Part shown: positions 20,584-29,931 of the stretch, one piece after another
Numbering within the stretch: position 1 is the stretch's first letter
Layout: the number at the start of each line of letters is the position of its first letter
Assembly (NCBI GenBank): GCA_963736855.1
Contig: CAVTQK010000015.1
Coordinates: 32,001 to 96,000 of the forward strand
DNA from: an uncultured delta proteobacterium
Lineage (GTDB): Bacteria > Desulfobacterota > Desulfobacteria > Desulfobacterales > UBA2156
Direction of reading: 5' to 3'
Length of the DNA stretch: 64,000 nt
Notes under the pieces: model-generated
Seen by the model: only the letters and a program-made list of their open reading frames with translations
The model's database searches: none
What the model was told of the DNA's origin: nothing
Translations under genes and position numbers: made by a program

Positions 20584-20713
20584 AAATTGAAAACCCTTTG
20601 GGATTTCCGATTTAACCGCATCTGCTACGTTGCCGAAAGCTCGACGTACGAACTGTACGCCTTCGCTTCCGGACGCCTTGCATCTGCGGCAAATTCGAAA
20701 ATCGCTCAATTTA
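20584..20713. repeat. Structured intergenic repeat sharing the core of MITE copies A/D but lacking their termini
   Basis: CTACGTTG...CGACGTAC-GAACT-GTACGCCT...CGCCTTGCATCT inside outer stems. Confidence 0.65.
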
Positions 20714-20764
20714 GGGGTCTTATAAAAACAGAACGAACGACGAATCGAAACGAACCGAAGAACT

Positions 20765-21106
20765 ATGGCAGACGTCAATGACATCGTCTTGATCCACCTG
20801 GAGGATAAACCCATCTCCTTTGCGCGAATCGAACGCATCGATCCGGACATCAAGCCCGGGTGGTTTAAGATAAAGTTCTTTTTGCTCCAAATTCCCCTGC
20901 AAAGCGTGGTTTGGATCCTTCGCGCCGCCTACATCAACGGCACCGAGTTCACCATGTCGGGAAAGCGGATGCGGATCGAACGGGTGGTCTGCCCCGAAGA
21001 GGATGTTTTTCCTGCCGATGAATCCCCGAAAACCAAGCTTGATAAAGAGTCCAGAGCCGGTGATGCCAAAGTCATCGACATGAGATCCCTTCTGAAAAAA
21101 CGATGA
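20765..21106 (+). CDS. Hypothetical protein
   Basis: 113-aa ORF overlapping the next gene (ATGA); protein-like composition. Confidence 0.75.
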   Translation: MADVNDIVLIHLEDKPISFARIERIDPDIKPGWFKIKFFLLQIPLQSVVWILRAAYINGTEFTMSGKRMRIERVVCPEEDVFPADESPKTKLDKESRAGDAKVIDMRSLLKKR

Positions 21107-21987
21107 CCGGCGGACATGAACAACGGGTTCTTTCCGCCTCCCGACGGACGGATATCCCGGCCTTTTATATGGACTGGTTCATGGATCGCCTCCGAAAAAA
21201 GACCTTCGAGTCGGTGAATCCTTTCAACGGTCGGATATCCGTCATTCCGGCTACATCGGAGACGGTTCACACCGTTGTCTTCTGGTCGAAAAATTTCGAT
21301 CCTTTTCTATCAGGCGGATATGGTCGGCGCCTCAACGAACAGGGTTTTAACCTCTTTTTCAATTTCACGGTCAATTCGGAGGCACCTTTCTTAGAACCGA
21401 AGGTTCCGCCTTTAAAAGAACGTTTGAAACAATTGGATGCACTTTGCGATCGGTTCGGCCCGGGATGCGTCACTTGGCGGTTTGATCCGGTTTGCTGGTT
21501 TGTGAACGGGAATGACATCGTGAAAGATAACCTGACCGACTTCGAAAGGATCGCCGAGCGCGCGATAAAAGCCGGCGTTCGGCGATGCATCACCAGCTTT
21601 ATGGACACCTATCCCAAGATCCAAAAACGGATAGCTCAAAAAGGTTCGCCGATGGCCGGTTTTACATTCATCGATCCGCCCATGGAAAAAAAGATCGCTG
21701 TTCTTTCTGACATGGAGAGGATCCTGGAAAGATCAGACATGCAGCTTTTAACCTGTTGCGAAGAAGAGATCCTGGAGGCGATGCCTCAGGGTTCCCGCAC
21801 CCGCAAAGCCTCGTGCATCCCCAACGATCTGCTTATGAAGCTTTACGGCGGCTGTCTTTCCACAAAAAGAGATTCCGGCCAACGGATCCGGAACGGCTGC
21901 GGGTGTATGGTCTCGGTGGACGTCGGGTCTTATCGGATGCATCCGTGTTTTCACGGATGCATGTTTTGCTACGCCAATCCGGCATAA
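21103..21987 (+). CDS. DUF1848 family protein
   Basis: SASRRTDIPAFY..W, FWSKN, WRFDP, C-terminal CxHxCxxCYA. Confidence 0.9.
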   Translation: MTGGHEQRVLSASRRTDIPAFYMDWFMDRLRKKTFESVNPFNGRISVIPATSETVHTVVFWSKNFDPFLSGGYGRRLNEQGFNLFFNFTVNSEAPFLEPKVPPLKERLKQLDALCDRFGPGCVTWRFDPVCWFVNGNDIVKDNLTDFERIAERAIKAGVRRCITSFMDTYPKIQKRIAQKGSPMAGFTFIDPPMEKKIAVLSDMERILERSDMQLLTCCEEEILEAMPQGSRTRKASCIPNDLLMKLYGGCLSTKRDSGQRIRNGCGCMVSVDVGSYRMHPCFHGCMFCYANPA

Positions 21988-22036
21988 TGGTCATTTAAGC
22001 CCTTTTTAATTATTTTAACGCCAGGGAGAATCCGTG

Positions 22037-23164
22037 ATGAAAAAAGAAACCCTTTGTGTACACAGCGGAACATATCATGATTCAGCTACTCGGGGAGTGA
22101 ACACCCCTATCTACACCTCGTCTTCCTATGAATATCTCGACCGCCAAGAGTGCCCTTATCCCCGATATTTCAATACGCCGAACCAGGAAGTGGTGGTAAA
22201 AAAAATGTGCGCCCTGGAACATGCCGAGGCCGGACTTCTTTTCAGTTCAGGCATGGCCGCCATCAGCACTTCGGTGCTTGCCCTTGCCGGCGTCGGGGAT
22301 CACGTCATTTTGCTGGACGATCTCTATGGTGGCACCCATGCTTTTGCCACGGGTGAGTTTCAACGATTGGGTATCGAGTATTCTTTCGTCGAAACCGATG
22401 CGAAGGCCATATTCAAGGCGCAAAAAAAGAATACCAGAGTTATTATCATCGAGTCACCCACCAATCCGCTGCTCAAGGTTCTTGATATCCGGAAAGTGGC
22501 CGATTTTGCGCGCAAGGAGGGGATTGTCACGATTATAGACAACACCTTCGCCACGCCCATCCACCAGAACCCCATTCTCATGGGAATCGACATCGTAGTG
22601 CACTCCGGCACCAAATACCTGGGAGGTCACAGTGATATCTGTTGCGGATTTGTCCTGACCAGTTCCGAAAAAGCGGCGCGGATCCGTTCGATGGCGCTTT
22701 GTCTGGGCGGCAGTTTGAACGCAATGACCGCATCTCTGATGGAGCGCAGCATCAAGACTTTGGCCATCCGTGTGCAGCGGCAGACGGAAAATGCCGAAAA
22801 AATTGCAGTCTTTTTAAGCGATCATCCAGCCATAGAAAAGGTGAACTACCCCGGTCTTCCCGATTTTCACGGCCATGAGATCGCTAAAACCCAGATGGCG
22901 GGTTTCGGGGCCATGCTCTCTTTTGAAGTAGATGTAAAACGGGTCCAGCCGGAGATTTTTGTCAGGCGGCTTGCCCTGATCCGACCCGCCGTCAGCCTTG
23001 GAGGGATCGAAAGCCTCATTTGTTCGCCCGCTTTGACTTCCCATGTCAAGATGTCTGTCGCAGAGCGTCAGCGGGTCGGCATCACCGATTCCCTGTTCCG
23101 GCTGTCGGTAGGGATCGAGGATGCTCAGGATCTTAGGGACGACCTCGATCAGGCGCTGCGATAA
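22037..23164 (+). CDS. Cys/Met metabolism PLP-dependent enzyme (cystathionine gamma-synthase/lyase family)
   Basis: FSSGMAAI, ESPTNP, DNTFATP, HSGTKYLGGHSD, SLGGIESL. Confidence 0.93.
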   Translation: MKKETLCVHSGTYHDSATRGVNTPIYTSSSYEYLDRQECPYPRYFNTPNQEVVVKKMCALEHAEAGLLFSSGMAAISTSVLALAGVGDHVILLDDLYGGTHAFATGEFQRLGIEYSFVETDAKAIFKAQKKNTRVIIIESPTNPLLKVLDIRKVADFARKEGIVTIIDNTFATPIHQNPILMGIDIVVHSGTKYLGGHSDICCGFVLTSSEKAARIRSMALCLGGSLNAMTASLMERSIKTLAIRVQRQTENAEKIAVFLSDHPAIEKVNYPGLPDFHGHEIAKTQMAGFGAMLSFEVDVKRVQPEIFVRRLALIRPAVSLGGIESLICSPALTSHVKMSVAERQRVGITDSLFRLSVGIEDAQDLRDDLDQALR

Positions 23165-23269
23165 AAGTCCTCAAACAAGTCATCCGCGAAAAGAAGAAAA
23201 GTGTTTGAAAATGCCCTGCATAATAACGGATCCAAAAGGGATGGAATGAACCCGGTGGTCGTGTTTAAA

Positions 23270-24277
23270 ATGACCATCGGATCGGTGCATTTGGAAAACC
23301 CTTTCGTTTTGGCGCCCCTTGCCGGAATTTCCAGCCTTCCTTTGCGCCTGATGGCAAAAGAGTGGGGTTGCGCATTGGTGTGCTCCGAGATGATCAGTGC
23401 CCAGGGCCTGGTCAGAGACAAGCGACGATCCATGAAAGTGCTGCAAAGCGACCCCAGAGAAAAGCCTCTTTCCGTTCAGATTTTCGGAGCAGATCCGGAT
23501 ATCATGGCCGAAGCCGCCCGGATCGTAGCGGATGCAGGAGCCGATATCCTAGACGTCAACTTCGGATGTTCCGTGAAAAAAGTGATCAAGACCGGAGCCG
23601 GCGTGGCCTTGATGCGGGAACCGAAACGGGCAGAGGCCGTTATCCGATCGGTTCGGAACGCCGTCCGAATCCCGCTTAGCCTCAAGATCCGTTCAGGTTG
23701 GGATGCGGGGGGCGCTCAGGCGCTTCAAATCGCGGCCATCGCCGCATCACTTGGTGCGGACGCTGTGACCGTGCATCCCCGATCGGCTAATCAGGGATTC
23801 CGGGGTGCTGCCGACTGGTCCATCATACGGGCGGTGAAAGAAAGCATTTCCATCCCGGTCATCGGGAACGGGGATGTCTTTTCAGCTCAAGACGCTGTTC
23901 ATATGCTGGAGGCTACCGGTTGTGACGCGGTTATGATCGGCAGAGGCGCTGTCGGTAATCCCTGGATTTTTTCCCAGGCTTTGGACCTGTTGCAAGGAAA
24001 GAGCCCGCCGCCGGTTTCCATGGCGTTGCGGACGGAAGCGATGGAACGCTATGTCAGGGGGATGACCGAGTATCTTGGGGAAAAGCGGGCATGTTACATG
24101 CTGAGAAGCCGCCTGGATTGGTTTGTCAAGGGTATTCCCCATGCGGGCCGGTTCAGGGAGGCGATCAAGGCCATTTCATCGGAAGCCGAAGCGATGGAAG
24201 TCATCCGTTCCTTCGGGATCCAGGCTCAAGCATCTTCCGGAGTCGATCTCAGTTCGGAAGGCCTACCCCTTTCCTAA
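23270..24277 (+). CDS. dusB: tRNA-dihydrouridine synthase B (start uncertain)
   Basis: LAPLAG, SEMIS, QIFG, DVNFGC, KIRSGW, GNGD, VMIGRG. Confidence 0.9.
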   Translation: MTIGSVHLENPFVLAPLAGISSLPLRLMAKEWGCALVCSEMISAQGLVRDKRRSMKVLQSDPREKPLSVQIFGADPDIMAEAARIVADAGADILDVNFGCSVKKVIKTGAGVALMREPKRAEAVIRSVRNAVRIPLSLKIRSGWDAGGAQALQIAAIAASLGADAVTVHPRSANQGFRGAADWSIIRAVKESISIPVIGNGDVFSAQDAVHMLEATGCDAVMIGRGAVGNPWIFSQALDLLQGKSPPPVSMALRTEAMERYVRGMTEYLGEKRACYMLRSRLDWFVKGIPHAGRFREAIKAISSEAEAMEVIRSFGIQAQASSGVDLSSEGLPLS

Positions 24278-25233
24278 TCGATGCCGACTGAACTTCCCTC
24301 TACGAAAGGACCCCCGGAGATGATACGGGCCGTGGATGTGTCCGAATCCAAATTCATGATTTTAATCTGACCCACCGGTTTTCCAGGGAGGATGAATCGC
24401 TGGCCGCCGATACCCTGGACGATCGAGCCTCTTTCGAAGACGGTGAGCAACGTTCCGATTTTCAGCCCCTCCCGTTTTCCAGAAGAGAGAAAAACCTTAT
24501 CCTCCTTGACGGAGGAGACGTATCCTCTCCAGGGAAGATCGTCGACGGCTTCACAAATCGCTCCGGCCATCTCTTCCGCGATCTGAAGCAGTGCCTGGCG
24601 GATTGGCGGAACTTCCGCACTTTTTACGGACCGGATCTGTTCGTAGGTGACTTCATCCACCTCGGTTTCGAAATAAAAGTCCTCGGATAAGATCTTGGTG
24701 CTGGTGAACGTATCAAAGACCTCGGCGTCGGCATGGGCCTGAAGAAGGTGGCGATCTCCTTTGAGCCAAAGGATGCCGCGTTTTTCGATTCGGATCCCGA
24801 TGCTTTGGATGCTGATTGAGGCGATAGTATTAAACCCCTGGCGTCTTCCTGACTCGGACAGTGAAAATACGTCAATGGGTTCGGATGCCTTTCGTGGTGC
24901 GGCCAGGGTTTTGTCGGATCCTAAAAGGTCCTTTCCGGTTTCCAGTAAGACCGCCGAGCATTTTCTGAGGATGGCCAACGACAACGGTTTTTGAAATGCG
25001 GTTTCCAAGGCTTCACCTTTAAGAACCGTCTTGTTGGTAAGGGGCAGAAGGGCCATGCGGATTTTCAAGGAGCCGGAGGAAGCGCTCAAGTCCCGGGCGA
25101 TCTTTCGGGTTGTTTTGTCCACCGTTGAACAACCGAAGAAACCGGCCACGAACAAGATCAGAAGGATTCCTGTAATTCCCGAGAAGCCTTTGAGGCCCCG
25201 AACGCCGTGATTAACGGCCACGCTGTTTTTCAT
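24274..25233 (-). CDS. Putative lipoprotein (CsgG/FlgT-like C-terminus)
   Basis: Hydrophobic leader ending FFGC (lipobox-like); C-terminal V.LSSG...GLKIG..L.V. Confidence 0.65.
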   Translation of the reverse strand: MKNSVAVNHGVRGLKGFSGITGILLILFVAGFFGCSTVDKTTRKIARDLSASSGSLKIRMALLPLTNKTVLKGEALETAFQKPLSLAILRKCSAVLLETGKDLLGSDKTLAAPRKASEPIDVFSLSESGRRQGFNTIASISIQSIGIRIEKRGILWLKGDRHLLQAHADAEVFDTFTSTKILSEDFYFETEVDEVTYEQIRSVKSAEVPPIRQALLQIAEEMAGAICEAVDDLPWRGYVSSVKEDKVFLSSGKREGLKIGTLLTVFERGSIVQGIGGQRFILPGKPVGQIKIMNLDSDTSTARIISGGPFVEGSSVGID

Positions 25234-25618
25234 ATGCCGCCTTGACTCTGGTGGTGATGCCGCCTCGGGCGGTGAACTCTCCTGAGACCGCTATTTCTTT
25301 CGGGTGCAACCTTTCCACCAGATGGTTTAAAATGGAGTTGACGACGTGTTCATAGAAAATGCCGACATCGCGATATTGGAGCAGATAAAACTTCAAGGAT
25401 TTCAGCTCCACCAGTTTTTGATCCGGGATGTAGTTGATGGTGATTTTTCCGAAATCCGGAAGGCCGGTCATGGGGCAGACCGAGGTATATTCCGGTTGTT
25501 CGATGGTAATCTCGATATCCTTTCCGGCATACTGGTAATCGATGACATCCAAGAGATCGGCACGGACCGTCTCAGAGCCTTTGGCACGGTAGCTGAGTTT
25601 AGGATGTTTTCGAACCAT
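25211..25618 (-). CDS. queF: NADPH-dependent 7-cyano-7-deazaguanine reductase
   Basis: EYTSVCPMTGLPDF, ELKSLKFYL, FYEH, F.ARGGI. Confidence 0.95.
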   Translation of the reverse strand: MVRKHPKLSYRAKGSETVRADLLDVIDYQYAGKDIEITIEQPEYTSVCPMTGLPDFGKITINYIPDQKLVELKSLKFYLLQYRDVGIFYEHVVNSILNHLVERLHPKEIAVSGEFTARGGITTRVKAAYEKQRGR

Positions 25619-25904
25619 ATGCTGTCTTCAACTCCGAAAAAAAGAGCTGTACCGCAGTTAAGGAAAGTATCCCCTCTTTTAGAGAAAATCCGTTTCCAAG
25701 TCAAATGATAACGGGGTGAAAAATAAAAACTGCATAGACCTGCTCCGACTTGCTCCTTGTTTTATCTGAAGCTGTTCGATTGACTTTAAAAAAACAACAT
25801 CCGGATGCAACCGGTCTTTTTTTGATTTGCTTGGAACTTTTTGACATTGCGTCGGAATCTTGATACCTAGAAATAGAAAAATCAATTGATAAAGGGGACA
25901 GTAT

Positions 25905-26081
25905 ATGGGAGAGACCCAGGAGTCGATAGTGTTGAAGACCGCCAAGGAAATTGTGGTGAAATTCATCGAAGTGGGCAGGGTTTCCCCCAATAATTTCAAC
26001 GAGGTCTTTAAAAGCATCTACCAAACCGTGAAAGAGTCGGTCCGGGGAATCGAGCAGGTATTGGAAGAAGACCAGGATTGA
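25905..26081 (+). CDS. Small 58-aa helical protein (not in ORF track)
   Basis: RBS AAGGGG; MGETQESIVLKTAKEIVVKFIEVGRVSPNNFNEVFKSIYQTVKESVRGIEQVLEEDQD*. Confidence 0.75.
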   Translation: MGETQESIVLKTAKEIVVKFIEVGRVSPNNFNEVFKSIYQTVKESVRGIEQVLEEDQD

Positions 26082-26093
26082 AGCGGCTCTGTT

Positions 26094-26117
26094 CCGGATA
26101 TTTCATGAAATATCCGG
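26094..26117. terminator. Hairpin between convergent genes
   Basis: CCGGATATTTCATGAAATATCCGG palindrome. Confidence 0.55.
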
Positions 26118-26118
26118 G

Positions 26119-28851
26119 CTAGTGGGCCTCAGCCCAGTTGGCGCCCAAAGCGAGATTCACCTTCAGCGGTACCCTGAGTTCCCAGACTCCTTCCATGGCA
26201 TCCCGCACCAGTTCGGAAACGACTTTTGTTTCATCCGGAGACACCTCGAAGACCAGTTCATCATGAACGGTCAGGATCATGGAGCTTTTCAGATCCTTTT
26301 TCCGTAGCACCTCATCCGCACGGATCATGGCGACCTTGATCAGGTCGGCCGCCGTCCCCTGAATCGGCGTGTTGATGGCGGTGCGTTCGGCAGACTGCCT
26401 GACGACCGCGTTCCGGCTGTCGATATCCGGCAACGGCCGCGTGCGGCCCAGGAGCGTGTAGACTCTTTTTTGCGCCTTGGCCTCCTGAAGGGTCCGATCA
26501 ATGTAGATCTTGACCCCTTGATACCGGGAAAAGTAATGACTGATGTAGGCTTGTGCCATTTTCTGGCTGATGCCGAGTTCCTGGGACAGCCGAAAGGCGC
26601 CCATGCCGTAAAGGATTCCGAAGTTAATAACCTTGGCCTGCCGCCGCAGTTCCGGAGTCACCATTTCCGGGAAGACTTCGAACACCTCGGTGGCGGTGCG
26701 GGTGTGAATGTCCTCTTCATTTAAAAACGCCTTGATCAGGATGGGATCTTCGGAACAATGCGCCAGGATCCGGAGTTCGATCTGAGAGTAATCCGCGGAC
26801 AGGAGCCGCCAGCCTTCCCGGGGAATGAAGGCGCTGCGGATCTGTCGTCCTTCCTCGGTGCGGATGGGGATGTTTTGCAGATTGGGGTCTGAGCTGCTCA
26901 GGCGGCCCGTGGCGGTCACGGTTTGGTTGTATGACGTGTGGATGCGTCCGGTTTCCGGGTGAACAAGTTCAAGGAGGGCGTCGGCATAGGTGGACTTGAG
27001 TTTGGAAATAGTGCGATGCCTCAGGATATGTGCCGGCAGCTCGTGTTGCGTTGCCAAAGCGGTAAGCACAGCCACATCCGTAGAATAGGCGGTTTTTTTC
27101 CGGGTCTTTTTCTGCACCGGTAAGCCCAATTTGTCGAACAGGATTTCACCCAGCTGCTGGGGAGAGTTGATGTTGAACTCCTGACCGGCCATGGCATGAA
27201 TCTGTCTTTCCAGGGTTTCGAGTTGGTATTCGAAGGATTTGGTCAAATCCTTCAGGCGGTTTTGATCCACCTGGACCCCGTGCATCTCCATTCGTTTGAG
27301 CACCGGAACCAGCGGCATCTCCACGGTTTCAAAGAGGGAGACAAGGCCTGCCTCCTTGAGCTTTTCAAAAAGGAGGTGACGGGCCATCAGGGTTATGTCG
27401 GCATCTTCGCAAGCATAAAAGGAGGCTTTTTCAAGGGGGACTTCCGAAAAGGAAACGCATTCTTTTCCTTTCCCGGCGACCTCGTGATATGCGATTTTCC
27501 TGTAACCCAGAAAGTCCATGGCGATCCGATCGAGGTTGTGGGCGCGTTTGGAGGGGTCGATAAGGTAGGATGCCACCATGGTATCGAAACTGACGCCGGA
27601 AAGTTCCAAGCCGCATCGGTTCAACACGATCCAATCGTACTTGATATTCTGGCCGATCTTCTCGATTTCTGGGTCTTCGAAAATCGGTTTCAGGGCGTCA
27701 AAGACGAGTTTCTTTTTAAGCTGTTTTTGGGTTGAATCGATGCGATGCCCCAATGGGATATAAAATCCCTCGTGATCCCGGACGGACACTGAGATACCCA
27801 CCAATTCGGCCCGCATGGGATCCAGGGCAGTAGTCTCAGTGTCGATGGCGAATCGCGGGGCTTCCTTGAGGAGCGAAATCAGCGTGGCCAAGTCTCTTTC
27901 GTCTGTAACAAGCCGGTAATCCTTTCGGCATTTTTCCTCAGGCGCCGAGAAGGTCTCCATCAGTTGCCTGAATTCCAATTCCTTGAAAAGCTCCAGGAGC
28001 CGAACCGGATCCGGGCCTTTATAATGAAATCGCTCCGGGTCAAATTCGACGGGAGCATTCGTGTCGATGATCACCAGAGATCGGCTCAAGAATGCCCGGT
28101 CTTTGTTTGCCAAAAGACTTTCCTTCAGTTTCGTTTGCGCCACCTTTTCGATTTCGGCATAGAGAGACTCCATGGAGCCGAATCGGCGGATCAGCTCAAA
28201 GGCCCGCTTGGGGCCGATGCCCGGAACCCCTGGAATGTTGTCGGAACTGTCCCCGGAAAGGCCGAAGGCATCCACCATTTGATCCGGACGGATGCCGCAA
28301 TCAGCCAGGACGGTCTTCGCGTCGATCGCCTTGTTTTTCATAGGATCCCAGATCACGGCTCTTTCGGTAACCAGTTGCGTGAAGTCCTTGTCTCCGGTCA
28401 CCATCACCACATCGAATCCTGATTCCTGGGCGGACCGGGCCAGGGTTCCGATAAGATCGTCGGCTTCAAACCCGGGTACTTCGATACTCGGGATCTTGAA
28501 CCCTTCCACGATCGCCTTGATGTAGGGAATTTGCTGGACCAGGTCTTCGGGCATGGGAGGCCGGTTGGCTTTATAGTCTTTGAAGATCTGATGCCTGAAG
28601 GTGGGGCCTTTGGCGTCGAAGCATATGGCGACGAAAGCCGGCGTGCGCTCCTGGATGAGTTTCAAGAGCATCCGGGTAAATCCGAAGACGGCATTGGTGG
28701 GGAGGCCCTTAGAATTGGAGAGACCCCGAATGGCATGGTAGGCCCGGTGGATGATGGCGTTTCCATCGATGAGATAAACTCTGGGCGGACTTGCTGTTCC
28801 TTCGGCGACGGGGCGATCTTTCAATCCAAGGCGCTCTTTTTCCATCGTCAT
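26119..28851 (-). CDS. polA: DNA polymerase I
   Basis: 5'-3' exonuclease (LIDG, EADD), 3'-5' exonuclease (DTET), ADYSQIELR, NFGILYG, VHDE. Confidence 0.98.
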   Translation of the reverse strand: MTMEKERLGLKDRPVAEGTASPPRVYLIDGNAIIHRAYHAIRGLSNSKGLPTNAVFGFTRMLLKLIQERTPAFVAICFDAKGPTFRHQIFKDYKANRPPMPEDLVQQIPYIKAIVEGFKIPSIEVPGFEADDLIGTLARSAQESGFDVVMVTGDKDFTQLVTERAVIWDPMKNKAIDAKTVLADCGIRPDQMVDAFGLSGDSSDNIPGVPGIGPKRAFELIRRFGSMESLYAEIEKVAQTKLKESLLANKDRAFLSRSLVIIDTNAPVEFDPERFHYKGPDPVRLLELFKELEFRQLMETFSAPEEKCRKDYRLVTDERDLATLISLLKEAPRFAIDTETTALDPMRAELVGISVSVRDHEGFYIPLGHRIDSTQKQLKKKLVFDALKPIFEDPEIEKIGQNIKYDWIVLNRCGLELSGVSFDTMVASYLIDPSKRAHNLDRIAMDFLGYRKIAYHEVAGKGKECVSFSEVPLEKASFYACEDADITLMARHLLFEKLKEAGLVSLFETVEMPLVPVLKRMEMHGVQVDQNRLKDLTKSFEYQLETLERQIHAMAGQEFNINSPQQLGEILFDKLGLPVQKKTRKKTAYSTDVAVLTALATQHELPAHILRHRTISKLKSTYADALLELVHPETGRIHTSYNQTVTATGRLSSSDPNLQNIPIRTEEGRQIRSAFIPREGWRLLSADYSQIELRILAHCSEDPILIKAFLNEEDIHTRTATEVFEVFPEMVTPELRRQAKVINFGILYGMGAFRLSQELGISQKMAQAYISHYFSRYQGVKIYIDRTLQEAKAQKRVYTLLGRTRPLPDIDSRNAVVRQSAERTAINTPIQGTAADLIKVAMIRADEVLRKKDLKSSMILTVHDELVFEVSPDETKVVSELVRDAMEGVWELRVPLKVNLALGANWAEAH

Positions 28852-28956
28852 TCTTTCAATCCAGTCATATCTATTGGGATGTGCTCCCATGCTGAAAATT
28901 GAAACATATTGATAGTGGGGCACTCATTGACAGCTTCGTCTATCGAAATTAACTTT

Positions 28957-29146
28957 GATGAAATCGTAAAAAGGCTGATTTTTCTCGCGCCGCAAGTCTT
29001 TTCGGAAGATCCAAAGGGTTTCGCTAAATCTCAAGAACTCGGCACAAGTGCCTCAAACAGCTTGAGATTTTTAACGCTCAACCCTTTGCCTCTCTTTTTC
29101 CGAAAAGACTTGTATGGTGCTCACAAAATCTTTTTACGAAGCCATC
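28957..29146. mobile_element. MITE-like element copy B (190 bp, opposite orientation, different internal sequence)
   Basis: Termini GATGAAATCGTAAAAAG / CTTTTTACGAAGCCATC; direct repeat AACTTT at 28951-28956 and 29147-29152. Confidence 0.85.
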
Positions 29147-29233
29147 AACTTTATTTGTTATACAAAATCGACATACCGGGATGTTAATCTACCACGGATT
29201 CCAAAAAACGACAAGCAAAGCCGGGAAGGAAAA

Positions 29234-29656
29234 ATGCCAGACGGACGCATCCTCATCGATGAAAATGAGATCCGAAGCTTGCTCACACAAATTAAAATCG
29301 TGGCAGTATTGGGGGTAAGCCCCAAGCCCAACCGTGATTCCCATCGGGTGGCTAAATACCTCAAGGACCACGGATACCGGATCATCCCTGTCCGTCCCGG
29401 TCAAAAAGAGATTTTAGGAGAAAAAGCGTATGCGTCGCTTAATGAAGTACGGGGTATTGTCGATCTTGTAAATGTGTTTCGGCGGTCGGAACAGGTTATG
29501 GAGCATGCGAAAGAATCGTTGAGGATTAAACCGAGGGCGTTTTGGATGCAACTGGATATCGAAAATGAAGCAGCGGCTAGGCTTTTAACGGAAAACGGAA
29601 TCGACGTGGTGATGAACCGCTGTATCAAAATCGAACATGCGCGAATCTTCCAATAG
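29234..29656 (+). CDS. CoA-binding domain protein (YccU-like)
   Basis: VAVLGVSPKPNRDS, IIPVRP, VNVFRR, WMQL, VMNRC. Confidence 0.92.
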   Translation: MPDGRILIDENEIRSLLTQIKIVAVLGVSPKPNRDSHRVAKYLKDHGYRIIPVRPGQKEILGEKAYASLNEVRGIVDLVNVFRRSEQVMEHAKESLRIKPRAFWMQLDIENEAAARLLTENGIDVVMNRCIKIEHARIFQ

Positions 29657-29861
29657 ACAAAGCTATCTGCAGCGGCGTCGTAAAGGCAAAGCATATGTCT
29701 GCCACTGCTGCAATCAGGAAGTTCCTTTTTGCTGGACATGTCGATGCGGGTTCGAGATCTGTCAGGAGTGTATGAAGGAAAATTTCTGGGGCATGTCTTG
29801 CAATGGTATCACCTGGCAGTGCCCGGACTGCGGCGCACAAAACGGTTTTGGAAACCAGTGA
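29637..29861 (+). CDS. Small Cys-rich (11 Cys) putative zinc-binding protein
   Basis: CHCC, CxC, CQEC and CPDC motifs in 74 aa; overlaps the upstream gene. Confidence 0.75.
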   Translation: MRESSNRQSYLQRRRKGKAYVCHCCNQEVPFCWTCRCGFEICQECMKENFWGMSCNGITWQCPDCGAQNGFGNQ

Positions 29862-29931
29862 CAACCCCACAGACGGTGTCTAGGGGCGTTCCGTATCCAT
29901 TGCTTAGATTTAGAAACAACATCTTGGGGGG

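Noticed and set aside
25619..25900. preQ1 riboswitch upstream of queF
   Set aside because: No convincing preQ1 stem plus A-rich tail found by eye
26079..26117. TGA followed by a hairpin at about +12 as a third Sec site
   Set aside because: Readthrough adds only 8 residues, there is no Cys-type context, and the hairpin fits a terminator between convergent genes
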